DNA from: Sphyrna mokarran
Lineage: Eukaryota
Assembly (NCBI GenBank): GCA_024679065.1
Contig: JAGIQG010000018.1
Span: 41,106,001 to 41,170,000 of the forward strand
Direction: 5' to 3'
Length of the DNA: 64,000 nt
Under the pieces are notes generated by a model. That model did not search any database and had not been told where the DNA came from. It saw only the letters and a list, made by a program, of their open reading frames with translations. Positions within the stretch are counted from its first letter, which is position 1, and each line of letters opens with the position of its first letter. Positions 1 to 12,385 of the stretch are shown piece after piece. Position numbers and translations under genes: made by a program.

Positions 1-295
1 ACTGGCAGCAGCAGTAAACAAACAGGACTTTTGCCAATGGGAACCACTGTTCAGTTATGTGCCTGAATGTCACTTAATTCAGTGGACCTTCCTGAAAAGA
101 GGCAATGCGGGACTTTTAGTGGCTCTCCAGCCAGCAGGCAAAACCCTGTCGCCTCCATTAAACACTGCCTGTTTCTCTCCCCACACATGCTGAATATTTC
201 CAGCATTTTCTGTTTGCATATCTTTATTGCTTTAATTTCATTAAATGTTTGAGCCAAGTAGAAAACGAAGTTCATTGTAGCGAGTTCATTATAGA

Positions 296-578
296 GTGGC
301 ACAGTGGTTAGCAATGCTGCCTCACAGCGCCAAAGTCTCAGGTTTGATTCCCGGCTTGGGTCAGTGTCTTTGTGGAGTTTGCACATTCTCCCTTGCCTGT
401 GTGGGTTTCTTCTGTGTGTTCAGGTTTCCTCCCACAGTCCAAAGATGTGCGAGTTAGGAGGATTAGCCATGATAAATTATCCACTAGTGTCAGGGAGATT
501 AGCAGGGTAAATATAAGTTACAGGGAACCTGTAACAGGGTTACAGGGAGCTTGGGTGGGAATGTTGATGATGCAGGTT
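296..578 (+). mobile_element. tRNA-derived SINE (HE1/V-SINE-like), CR1-type tail variant, truncated
   Basis: GGCACAGTGGTTAGCAATGCTGCCTCACAGCGCC head, B-box-like GGTTTGATTCCC, core TGTGGAGTTTGCACATTCTCCC. Homologous to five other copies in the window. Confidence 0.85.
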
Positions 579-1589
579 CCAGAAGCTTTGTACTGTAGAT
601 AACTTTCTACATGTTCTCCCATTGTTTTCAACAAACTCTGAACAAAATACCAGTTACTCATGTAAAGGTCCTTCCGATCTGCTGAATGTGTCATACTTCC
701 AAATCTCACTCCTGCTGCTACCTTTGAATTGGCTGAATTACATAGCCTCTTGGAGAGAGATTGGTTGTTTACATACAACAGTCTCCTATTTTGATCATTT
801 TCTAGATGGATCCGAGATGGTTCAAATTTATTTTTGTAGACTGCAGAGAGGGGAGTTTTACACATTTTGAATTGGTTTGAATAGTTTTCTAATGTCTTGC
901 ATGAGTCAGTACCCAAATTTGGTTGTTAAATTAAACAAAAAAAACATTAATTTCTTTTCAATTAAAAAGCTTTTGGATAGGTTTTGGAGTTGATTAGTTA
1001 TCAAAATAATTCAGTTAGAAACATCCACTGTCCCAACATTAAAGGATTCTGCAATTCTATGATTCCAAGCATTTGTTGCTATTTTCCCTTTTCTTGCATC
1101 CCCATTGTCAGTTCTCCCATTTCTAATCTGTTCCCATGAGTTGCAGGTCTACATCAGTGTTTTGTCTCATTGAAGAAAAGGGTTTTTCTAAAGAGTTAAA
1201 CAGTCCTCCTGAGCCAAAATCCAGCTTTTCTCTCCATTCCCCACTCTTCGAGCCAAGGTGAAGCAGTGTTTGCCGATTCATCTGTCACTGCATCTCATCA
1301 ATAAAGATCACCTAACGGAAGCAGCCCATTTCCAACATTATTCAATGCTTCCTTTCAAAATCAGAGTCTTCTGAGGCAGAAGTTAAGCACTAGAGCTAAT
1401 TGCTGCATTGTGTCTAATTACTTGAATCATTTCATTTGCTTTCCTCTGTGCAAATATCCTTCTCATACCAAAAAAAATTAAAACACAGAATTTCCACCTC
1501 AACAATGAGCAGTACATATTTCAGAAACATGTTGCTGTTATTTTTCAAAATTGTGAAGCAGAGAAGAGAAAGGAGGCAGTATTAAAGGG

Positions 1590-1970
1590 CATTATTTACA
1601 ACCAGTGGTTATCTCAATGTGAATGAAGTACTTCCAAAATGTTATCACTACTGTCATGTAAACACTACAGCCAATTTGCACACAGCAAACTCTCACTAAC
1701 AGCAATGTGATAATGTTCAGATAATCTCTTTCTTGTGACTCCCCTGCTCTTTCTAATATAATAGTATGGGGTCTTTTGCATCATCCCAACAGGCAGACAT
1801 GACCTTTGTTTAACATCATCCAAGCGTTGGTACCTGTGGCAATGCAGCACTTCCTCAAAACTGCACTCAAGTAATAACCTTGACTTTTGTGCTCAAGCCC
1901 TACACCAATGGGTCTTGAACCCAAAATCTTATGATTCAGAGGTAATAATGCTACCAGCTAAGCCAAAGCT
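1590..1970 (-). mobile_element. Old tRNA-derived SINE resembling SacSINE1/Deu-SINE
   Basis: Minus strand begins GCTTAGCTGGTAGCATTATTACCTCTGAATCATAAGATTTTGGGTTCAAGACCC (A/B-box-like), then CTTGAGCACAAAAGTCAAGG...GAAGTGCTGCATTG. A related 3' part is at about 33130-33300 and a head fragment at about 29815-29940. Confidence 0.6.
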
Positions 1971-3488
1971 TAAATTCAATTGTTTTATACATAACAAAAA
2001 TTGGCAAGGCCAACCAAAAGCAAAGAGAAAGTGGGAACAAGCCAAATTTTGATCAAATCTTACTAATGTTGAAAAACAGTAAATCATCACATGTTATATT
2101 CACATTTCTTGGAACAACAATAAGTTTTATGTTTTTGCAGATCACTCCAAGCTAACAAATGCTACTCCAAGGATAAGTAAGCGACCTGCTGTTCATCAGT
2201 TAACATCTCTGTAGTCAAGCATTAGGGGATGTACAGAAGCTTGATATAGCTCACCATTTAATTTCACTTCAATTGCCCACACCTCAGTTTCAATCTCTCC
2301 TATTGCCATGATCAAATGGTTGAGGATAGGATTTTATCACATGCCCCCATTGAATCTGCATCCATGGTATGTCAAAGCCTGGTGTAGTATCACAAATATC
2401 ATTGCTAAGTGTGGGAGCATAGATCGTGATGATGCCCAAGCATGACTCGGTATGGGTGCTAACTTGGGTATTTGGAGCCGGTAAAAATCTCCAGCTATAA
2501 TTTAGATTAGCAATCAGATTTGACTTATAGCTTTAAAACTACAAGCTAGTTAAGGAGCCTGATAACTGCCTGGCAGTGGCAGGAATCTGTCAATCAACTG
2601 CAAATGAATGGCATTAATCGTTGGAGCAGGAAACTGGCACAGCAATTTGGATGTTAGTCATCAGCTCTCCATAAGGTAGGCAGATTTAGCTCGCACAGTG
2701 TGAGACATAATGTGTGACAATTAGGCCTGAGAGCAATGAAGTATTAGTGCTAACTTGAAAAATGGTGCAGGTGAGGAAACTGGTGCAGAGGGAAGGAGGT
2801 CCTTATTTTTATATTTTTTTCAACCTCCAGAAGTAGGTGAGTGTTCAAAGCTTTAGGTGAGCTGGTATATATATGCCTTTTTGGTGAGTTTTTAAGCTTT
2901 TATTACACTGAAGTTGGGCAGTTGTTTAAACAGGTAGTTTGGAGATATATATATATATTACATTAAATTTATTGTTTAAAAGTTAAAATACGATATAACC
3001 ACATTCAGTAACTGAGTGATATTTCTAAACCAGTAACTTAATTTGTTAAATTAATTTCAATAGATATGTCAGGGCAGATAATATGTTGCCATTGTAAGCA
3101 TGTGGGACATCAGTAAGATCCATAGCAACCACTTCTACAGTAAGTATTTGCAACTTGAGGAACTTCGGTTCTGAGTTGATAAGCTGGAGTCCAAGCTTTA
3201 GATGCCTTGGAGTGCCAGGAACGGGAAGTTATCTGGATAATTTGTCAGAGAAGGCAGTCACACACCTTAGACTAGACACTTCAGACTCAGCCCATGGTCA
3301 GTAACAAGAAGGTGTGACCTTGAGGGAGGCAGATATGGGGATCCAGAAGGCAGCCACTGTGATTGTCCAACAGGTTTGAGTGTGGAAAAGAGCAGGGGCA
3401 GCAAGGAGTATGAGCAAACTGATCAGTGTGCCATAGTGCAGGTAGCTGCTCACATGAGAGTAAAAAGTAATGTAACTTTGGTAGAAAA

Positions 3489-3822
3489 CTATAAGAACGG
3501 AAGACCTAGGAGCAGGAGTAGGCCATCCGGCCCCTCGAGCCTGCCCCACCATTCAATAAAATCACGGCTGATATTTTTGTGGACGCAGTTCCACTTACCC
3601 ACCTGCTCGCCATAACCCTTAATTCCTTTACTGTTCAAAAATGTATCTATCCTTGCTTTAAAAACATTCCACGGGTTGCCTCAACTACTTCATTGGGCAG
3701 GGAATTCCACAGATTCACTACTCTTTGTGTGAAGAAGTTCTTCCTCAACTCAGTTCTGAATCTGCTCCTTTTATTTTGAGGCTAGCCTCCTACATCTAGT
3801 TTCACCTGCCAGTGGAAACAAC
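3489..3822 (-). mobile_element. CR1-type LINE 3' end nested in the older CR1
   Basis: GGAGCAGGAGTAGGCCATCCGGCCCCTCGAGCCTGC...GAATTCCACAGATTCACTACTCTTTGTGTGAAGAAGTTCTTCCTCAACTC is the antisense of the CR1 ORF2 C-terminus and 3' UTR. Confidence 0.8.
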
Positions 3823-4482
3823 TGTATAATTTGGGGGGTGTAGACACTACCCTCTGCAGCTGGGAGCATGAGTCTCATAGGCTGCGTTGCTGACTGGTGC
3901 TAGGCAGATTTAGTTTGCACCTAAGGGCATCCCCTTAGGCTTGGGGAGGAGCCTCAAGTGGGAGGCGAAAGACACAATTGCTGTGGTCCATGTAGGCACC
4001 AACGACATAGGAAAAAGGTTCTGCTGAGGGAATATGAGCAGCTAGGGATTAAATTAAAAAGCAGAACAACAGAAGTAATAATATTTGGCTTACTACCTGA
4101 GCCATGAGCAAACTGGTAAAAGGTAAATAAGATTAGAGAGTTGAATGCTTGGCTCAAATATTGGTGTTGGAGAAATGGAATTTGATTTCTGGTGCATTGG
4201 CTAGGGAATACTAGGGGAACTGGGGGCTGTACCATTGGGACTGTTTTCACCTGAACTGTGCTGGGATACATACAGTGATAGAGAGGCTATTAAAATTAAT
4301 AGTGTGGAAAGACTCACTTGAGGGGAAATGTGGCAAATTAAAGAGAATGGGCCTTGCAATGAAGCAGAGTAGAGATAGGGGTGATGATTACCAAAGTGTG
4401 GCAGGCAGGGACAGTGTCTACAAATCTGAGATTCCATATGCAAATTTCATAGTAGGAAAAATGGTAAAAATACAGAATTCAA

Positions 4483-5190
4483 GGGTGGAATTTACGGGAT
4501 CCATTTGCAGTGGATTCATATCCTAGAAAGGCATGAAATTGATTTAAATTAATTTTAATAAATTTAAATGCAAATAAACTGCTTTACATTGTAGTATCTG
4601 CCCATGGTGGATCTGCCACCTGCCGCACCCACCCCCCAACCCCCCACGCCCACCCTCACCCAGAGGCATGATATCATGCCAGCACAAATCACTACTGGTT
4701 TTCAAAAGCAAAAAACAGCCATCATGACCACCTCAGAAGTTAACATTGCCTACTGGCACCCTGGCAAGGGACAATGGTGTCAAATAGGCACTGAAGTGGA
4801 CTTCTTCCATTGTTTAGACTGAGGGGGGGGTCACCTTCATCTGTGATTGGAAGAGGGGAGAGGGGAACCAATTGACAGTGCAAGGTTGGTGGGATTGGGG
4901 ACAGCAAAGAGGGTAGAGCCCTGATGAAAGTGTGCGGGGAGGGAAAGGAGGATGGGAGTGCCCTAATATTCATAGGACTGGGTCTCTGTCGTGGTGGTGG
5001 AGGAGGTGTGAGGGGGTTGGGGTTCATAGGAAACTTATTTTAAACGCAGATCAGCCTGTACTTTAAAAATAGTACCTCAATCTTAATCTTGCTGGCTCTA
5101 TTAGGCCCTGTTGCACTACACTTCCCGATTCAATGCCAGAAAATTCACGCCATTTTTCAGTCAGAGCCTGATACTGACAAAGTTCCATCC
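4483..5190. mobile_element. Non-autonomous DNA transposon with TIRs (Harbinger-like) nested in CR1
   Basis: Left end GGGTGGAATTT, right end AAGTTCCATCC (imperfect inverted repeat), GC-rich interior. CR1 sequence resumes on both sides. Confidence 0.6.
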
Positions 5191-6830
5191 AAAGACTTTA
5201 GCTGGATGTATACAGCATACATAGCAAGATGGATGGATTGATAGCAGAAATAGAAATGAATGAGTATGCATACGATAGCCATTACCAAGACATGGTTACA
5301 AAGTGACCATGGTTAGTATCTGATTATTCAAAGCTAAATGACTTTTCTGAAAGACAAGAAGAAAGCTAAAGAAGATGGAGATTGCTCTGCTAATAAAGAC
5401 CAGTACTGTATGAAAAATAATTGCAGCTTGGACAATCAAGAAGAATCAGTTCCGGTGGAGATAAATAATAAAGGAAAAAAGTCACTTGTTGGAGTAATTC
5501 ATTCACCTCCTTAGGGCAGTTAAACTGTAGGACCAAGTATAAATCAAGAAATAATATGGGTTTGTAAGGAAGGTATTGCTATAATCATAGCTATTTTAAT
5601 CTTCATACAAATGGAACAAACGCAAATTGACAAAAGTAGTTTAGAAAATAAGCTCACAGGATATATTCTGGGCTGTTTCTTAGAACAATGTGTTCTGGAA
5701 TCAACCAGGGAACCAGTTATTTTAGATCTAGTATTGTATAATGAGAAAGGGTTAATTAATTACCTCACATTTAGGATCCTTTAGTTAAGAGGTCTCATAA
5801 CATAATAGAATTCCACATTCAGTTTGAGGGTGAAAAGTTTGAATCAGAAATTAGTGTCTTAAGCTTAAATAGAGGCGACTTCTGGGGTGTAAAGAACAAA
5901 GTTGGCCAAAGTGGGATGAAAAATAAATCAAACGGTAAGACAGTAGTGAAGCAGTGCGAGAGATTTCATGAAAATGTTTCATAACACTCAAAAGATGTAT
6001 GTATTACATTGAGAAAGAAAGATGCTACACAAAGATAACATCATCTGCGGCTAACTAATTATGTCTAAGGATGGTATCAAATTGATAGAAAAGATATACA
6101 AGCTGATAATCCAGAAAATTGGGAAAGTTTTAGAAACCAGAAGACGATGACTGAAGAATAATGAAGAAGGAGAAATTGGAATATGATATAAAATTAGAAA
6201 GAAAATCAAAAACAGTCAGAAAAACCTTCAATTAGTATATAAAAAAGGAAGAGAGTAGTGAAGCATTGATCCCTTAGCGGGTGAGAATGGGTCATCAATA
6301 ATTGCAAAACAAAAAATGGCGAAGTTTTTTAATACATGTTTTTGTATCTGCTTTCACAGTGATAGATACAGAATGCATCCCAAGAATATTAGAAAATCAA
6401 GAGGCAAAAGGGAGGGAAGAACCTAAAATAATCACAATCACTACAGAAAACGTACTTGAAAAATTAATAGGATCAAAGACTAACAAGTCCCCTGGAACTG
6501 ATAGCCTGTATCCTAGAATCATTCACAGTATTAGTGGCAATCATATGAATAACATTAAAGGCAGAAATACATAAGCAATATCTCAACAATAGCCAAATTT
6601 GTTTTGGACCTAATGAAACAGCATTATTTGCAACCCTACTCGAAAGTAAGTATTAATTGTTTCCTTTTTTCATCACAATTTTAATGATATTGCCAAGACA
6701 TTGTTAAATCATAGAACTTAGTCAAATGATAGCTAAAAGGCACTGAATTAAATTGGAATTGGAGTAACTTATTTATACAATGCCAGAAAGAAGGAAACAA
6801 ATGATAAATGTTCACGATTTGGGACCTTAC

Positions 6831-7140
6831 CTGAAAAATAGCAATCCAGGCATATCCTATATTATCAAAATTAATGGCACCCTTATGTGGATTTACATCT
6901 CCGGTTCTGCACACATTGTAATATTGATTCCAGTTTATGCAGCCATTTGTGTTGTTCACTTCCAGGCTATATCTTGGGTGGTTGTAAGAATCTAAGCTAA
7001 GAAAACATTCAACTCCATTTTCTTTCAAATTTGGAAGGTCCTGACATTTCTGCATGCCATTGTCCCGTGGCAGAGAGCAAATAAATGGAGTCTCATCACT
7101 ATCAATCTGGTAATATAGAGGTAAAGAAACATTGTAATAC
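6831..7140 (-). CDS. cacna1h: Cav3.2 exon equivalent to human exon 7 (domain I extracellular turret to start of pore loop), 310 bp
   Basis: TAG|G then [103 protein letters not shown], donor CAG|GTAAGG. Length is 1+309 nt, so the frame is kept. Confidence 0.96.
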
Positions 7141-9951
7141 CTAAGAAATAAAATGAAAGAGAATTAGTCAGCATTAATTATATTCAATTAATTATTCACA
7201 GTTTTATAATGGTTCAATCAAGGCTGAAAGTCATGGCATAACCAAATTTACACAATAAGGCATATTAAAATACATATCACATATTTTGATACCAGAAAAC
7301 AGCAACTCTTCAGAACCAAAGTGCAATTTCTATTTCCTACAGAGACTTAGTTCTAGGTATCTCTAAGCAAGGTTTATTTAATTTAATGCTACTTTTTGGA
7401 AAATTAAATTTAATTTTTGCTATCTACTTGCATCCATTCCATATTGAATAGAACTATTAGAAACCCTATTTTAAAGGAATTTTATCATAGAGTGATGGGA
7501 AAGGCCAGTATCGGGAACCAATGAAGATTGTGGAAGTATTGAAGAAAGTAGCCAAGAACAGTGTGAAATGGAATGATCATCTATTATAGAAAGAGAGAGA
7601 GAGGAAAAGGAGGGGAGAGGAAATGTGGTAAGATAAATTATGGCAATGGGACTGCCAGGAACAACAGCAAGACCTAAGACCAGAAAGCAAGACAGGGTGG
7701 CAACAGGCTTAAGTTCAGTGTGATTCGAAGAGGAATGGGTGATTGACAGGAGTAAGTGAAAAAAGGATGATCAACCAGCATTGTGGTGACCCCAAGTACC
7801 AGAAGCCAAAAGAAGCTTTCAAATTACTCTAATTCTCATGTTCTTTCCCCATAGCCCTGCAATTGTTTCCTCTAAGAGGATGAAAAAAAACTTCTATCTT
7901 ATTTCAATGCACTAGGTTCTCAGGTCCTGTAAATGCCTGCAAATTGCTTTGATTTATAGCTCAATTTAATACAGGTATTGGAAAGATAATCAGCTCCAAA
8001 GTAAATTTTCATTTAGAATAGTGTCGCATTTAGTTTCAATCTTCCAACTGTTCAATGAAATAATGTGTTCATAAATTGATTTTAAAAATTTTTCTTGTCT
8101 TTATTTCATGGTCGTCAATTTTCACTCCTGAAGCTATTCGCTCCTTGCTCGGCTATGGGCCTGCATTTTACATGCCACTACTAGGTGTGCTTCTGATGCG
8201 AGTGCACATAAAGTAGGGCAGGTTCCCACCCCACCACCTTCCCACCCAGCCCTGAGTTCACCCCACCATGCAGGACACCAAAATCAGCAGTCCACCCACT
8301 ATCGTTAGATAGATAATCAAGGTCTAGAGGGAAAAAACAGTAAAATGGCAAAATAATACAAGTCCAAATTGTTTTTCCTTTTGGGGGGCCCACTGGAATT
8401 GTTACCAAGCCAATTGACACTGATGATACACTGGATATGCCATAAACATTTGGCGTAGACTGTCGGGTGGATGTGGGCTGCCCAATTTTTAAAATAAATT
8501 CTTCAAAGGACAGGAAGGAAGAGAGTTCTATCTTTGGGGACTGGCCCATTCGGATTGAGAGGTGACCTCTTTAAGATAACGCCTTCCCTTTCTCCCTATC
8601 CACTTGCAGCCTTAAATGCCCCATCTCCACCCATCCACATCCCTCTTCCCTATTTTGTCTGAACACTCCCTGACTAAGACCTCAGATTTACCTATTTCCA
8701 GAGGTCATTGCTCCTTCTTCTTGTTCCTCATTGCAATCCCGGCACCACCTACTAATGTGCTCTTGGGGCACATTAAGCTGCTGGCATATTGGATTGGCCG
8801 GCAGCTCCCATCAGCAGAGTTTTCTCCCCAGTGAGGGGCCATAAGTCACACTCAGCCCTCATTTAGCCTGTCCACATGCATTTTGGGTGCAGGATAGGCC
8901 TACGTACAGTGATATGCCCCACGTTGACTTTGCTTCCGGTAGGCCAAGCCATCTGTTCACCATAATATTTAGCCCATGATTTCACAGGGAACAGGTGCAA
9001 GATTTTTGACCATATAGTCCAATTTTTTTATTACCTGATGTTGACAAACGCACAGTTTCAACAGGGCTTGCCGACAATAATCAGGTGTAAAAATCTGAGA
9101 TGATTTTCCCTGAAGTGAGCTGCAACACCCCTACTGACACTGCATCTAAATAATTAATTTAGCACAGACTAAGGATCAAATCTTTTTAATCTTTAAATTG
9201 CTCCTATTCCCTTGCACAATATGTTACAATCCCTTTCTATTTCGCTCAGAATATGATTTAAGAATATACATGCACCATTTACTCTACTTGTTATTGTGCT
9301 AGAAACCCAGCAGGATGTTTTTGAAAAATACTATTCAATAGAAAAAGTGACAGAAAATGTTTACTTCAAAGAAAGTCAATTTCAAAAGCTGTGAGGAGCA
9401 TAATGTGTGCTGGCTGTTTTCTGTTCTAATTTACTTCCAACTCCATCTGAAGGTTCAGTTCCCTACACACCATGCACATTGTCCAAGTGGTGCCTGTGCG
9501 AGCCGAGAGTTTCAGTGGGTTACTAGACTGCAAATGAACAGGGGAAGAGAACTTTGATCCCACTGTCTTAAAAACATTATTAACATAATACGCCTTGCAG
9601 CAAGCAATTAGATCTTGTTCAGGAGTGGAATGTTAATGGTTTTCAATTCCTCAACTTGGAGATATTGAAACCAAATTCAGTCATCCCGAATTTATAAATT
9701 AGACATTGCATTCCTGGTCTGTAACTTTAAGCTACTCGCTAGGTAAATTGATTGAGTTATTTGACCATTGTTGAGCTTAACTAATTTTGTGTTTGCTTTT
9801 TTTAAACAACATGGTGTTCATGCCATTGCCAGCCATACCAGTTATCCCACATTATTTATTTTGGAGGATAAACTGCAATATCAAATAATTTGCTGGTTGC
9901 CGTTTTATACTGAATATGGACATCAAATACAGCCATACTCAGGCCTGGATT

Positions 9952-10270
9952 GGGCGGCACGGTGGTGCAGTGGTTAGCATTGCTGCCTCATAACATTGGG
10001 GACCTGGGTTCAATTCCTGGCTTGGGTCACTATCTGTGTGGAGTTTGCACATTCTCCCTGTGTCTGCGTGGATTTCCTCCAGGTGTTCCGGTTTCCTCCC
10101 ACTGTCCAAAAGACATGCAGGTTAGGTGCGTTGGCCATGCTAAATTCTCGCTCAGTGTACCCGAACAGGTACTGGAGTGTGGCGGCCAGAGGATTTTCAT
10201 AGTAACCTCATTGCAGTGTTAATGTAAGCCAACTTGTGATGCTAATGATAAACTTTAAAAACTTTAAACT
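9952..10270 (+). mobile_element. tRNA-derived SINE, full length, alternative tail
   Basis: GGGCGGCACGGTGGTGCAGTGGTTAGC head, GGGTTCAATTCC B box, shared core, tail ...CATTGCAGTGTTAATGTAAGCC...(AAACTTT)n. Confidence 0.9.
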
Positions 10271-10508
10271 GAATAATTAGATTCTCTGTTACTCTAGACA
10301 CGGATAACATCCAGCTCCTGGCTCTGCACGTATCACCTTATTGACGTTCATGAATTTGTGTTACTTTCTCACAGCATTTTCTGCAGAACCTTTCTCATAA
10401 AGCTTCAGATTAGGTTCCCTTAGCTAAGGCATCCTGGTTGTTTGTTAAAACTAAACTAAATTTTTTTTTTATTTTATAATGCATATAAAATTAACATTGT
10501 GGAAATAG

Positions 10509-10641
10509 GGGCCGGAATTCTCTGGTCTCACAAGCCTTGCTGCCAGTGAGAAGGGAGAATTTGGCACTCAGCCATATCTTCATTCACTGCAGTGAGACTG
10601 GAGAATTTGAGCTGCAGGCAAGGTCGGAGAATTCTGGCCGC
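10509..10641. mobile_element. About 130-bp MITE (Harbinger-like)
   Basis: TIRs GGCCGGAATTCTC and GAGAATTCTGGCC. Internal GAATTTGGCACTCA...TTCACTGCAGT is shared with copies at 22273, 46895 and 61318. Confidence 0.75.
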
Positions 10642-11894
10642 TATATACTCTAGTCAAGATTTCTATGATCAAGAATTTGTCAAGTTAACCAACTCCTGTT
10701 TTGTGTTACTTGGTCATAAACTAAATTCTTTAATAAATTCCATGCACAAAATGCAAGACATATCTTCCAAGGAGTGAATCAGTAAAAACTGATTTTACCT
10801 CAAAGTTTGAAAAAAAAATTTCCATTTATTTATTTAAATGAGCACATGTCACATTTGCACTGACAATATGCACACAAATGCTGTATATGTCATGCTGGTG
10901 TCAGTGATGTCAAGTACCTATCTTTGGAGCCAATTTTCAGCAGTTCAACAAAAGGTGTTTCAATTGTTCCTTTGTTTCAAGGAAGGTTGGATTTTCTTTA
11001 TAAATTTTAATAAATAATCTTTATAATTACTATAATTATATGCCAAAGAAACATTACATCTTTCATTCAGAATTGGATATAGAGCAAGGACTGCAGAGTA
11101 TTGTTGCAGTTAAAGTCACTGATAGTCCCATTAAAGACAAAGGAGAGGGATGTATTCTGCAAGCCCACTGTGCTGCTAGAACAGGTTGCTAGGAGGGTGT
11201 ACAATAGCTGCCTGCTAGCAGGGAGCTGACCCCAGTGGAGTGAAGGGGGCAGGGGGGGGAATCATGGAGGCCCCTCCAGAGGGTCAGGTGAGAGGGGATG
11301 CTCCCTAGGCATTGGGCAATGTCAAGGGAGCAGATCATGGGGGAGGGTCTAATATGGGGTGGGCCTCCACGGAGTGGGAGATCATGGGGAATCCTGCTGT
11401 CGCTCTGCACTTGGCGGTGACAGAGGAAATCCAGCAGTCAGGGCTGGCCATCTTAGTGGGGGGGATTGGCCTGGACATCAAGTGATGACAATGGGGGGTT
11501 GGAGGGGTAATGACAGGGATTTGCTGTGTTGGCCAGTGATCAAGAGGTTTGCAGTGTACTACTGTGCATGCGCTAATCTCTGCTCTGATAGGTTGGTACA
11601 TGCATGGTGGCCAGCTCAGCACTATGTTGCCGGCCTCTGCAGCAAAATAAACCTCATCTGCCAATTTTTAATGAGATTCACACTAGTGCACCTTGCAATG
11701 CACAGAATGTTGGAGATTCATTTTGAAAATCCCATGGGAAAAACAATGGGGTTTACTCCATTTTCTTTTACACAAGTTTGGCACTTGGAATTTTTGGAGA
11801 GAATCCCACCCAAAGGTCATCAATCAAAAGTCGATTCAGGTACCACACTCCAAAGCAAAGGCAGATCACTACTGTAATGAAAATGACTTCCAAT

Positions 11895-12385
11895 CTTAGA
11901 TAGTCTCTGGGTATCAAGGATGATTTGCTTCCACTCCAATTAATGGATTCTGAGATGGCTATTAAGTCCAATGCCTGATTTGCGGACTTTGTCACATGTG
12001 GGCAGGTGGTGCATGAGGAGTTAGGTAGATGGTTGTTTCCAACATTTTGACTTCAACTCTGCACATTCCTGATGCAGTCTCTTGATGTGGTTGGTGCCTT
12101 CCTAGATGGACCTTTACCATTTTGATCAGTCACAAGTCAGGGACTCCTTTGAGTCAGTAGGAATGTTTGACATCATGAGATGCTTTGAGAGCACTTCTAA
12201 AGTGTTTCTCTGTTCTCCTACAATGAATAAACTTGAAGAAGGGCAGTTGTTTCAGAAATCTGACATTTGGCACATAAACTATGTCCCACCCAGCAGAACT
12301 GGTTTTGAACAATCAATGTCTCAATGCTCACAAAGTTGGCTTCGTAGGGGACTCTGCTATTGGGATTGCTTTTCTTGCCACTAGA
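11895..12385 (-). mobile_element. RTE-clade LINE 3' fragment
   Basis: Antisense reads as decayed SIETLIVQNQFCWVGH...LKQL...KASLM, the same region seen in the 43735-44470 copy. Confidence 0.6.

Larger units (their letters stand above)
2600..6518 (+). mobile_element. Decayed CR1-clade LINE (5' region, ORF1 esterase-like remnant, ORF2 endonuclease remnant) interrupted by two later insertions
   Basis: VVHVGTNDIG-like motif near 3982-4011; APE-like remnants at 5200-5800; ITTENVLEKLIGSKTNKSPGTDSLYPRI in ORF 6302-6574. Many stops and frameshifts. Confidence 0.8.

Noticed and set aside
518-916. 132-aa minus-strand ORF as a possible next cacna1h exon
   Set aside because: It does not resemble the expected next exon (VITLEGW pore motif) and runs into a SINE. 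I did not find that exon in 1-6830, so it probably lies outside the window.
9952-10025. tRNA gene
   Set aside because: A and B boxes are present, but the sequence continues into the SINE core and tail and recurs in several diverged copies.
11359-11877. Longest ORF in the track (172 aa)
   Set aside because: It lies in a GC-rich patch resembling the non-autonomous DNA transposons, which lowers stop frequency. No protein motif.
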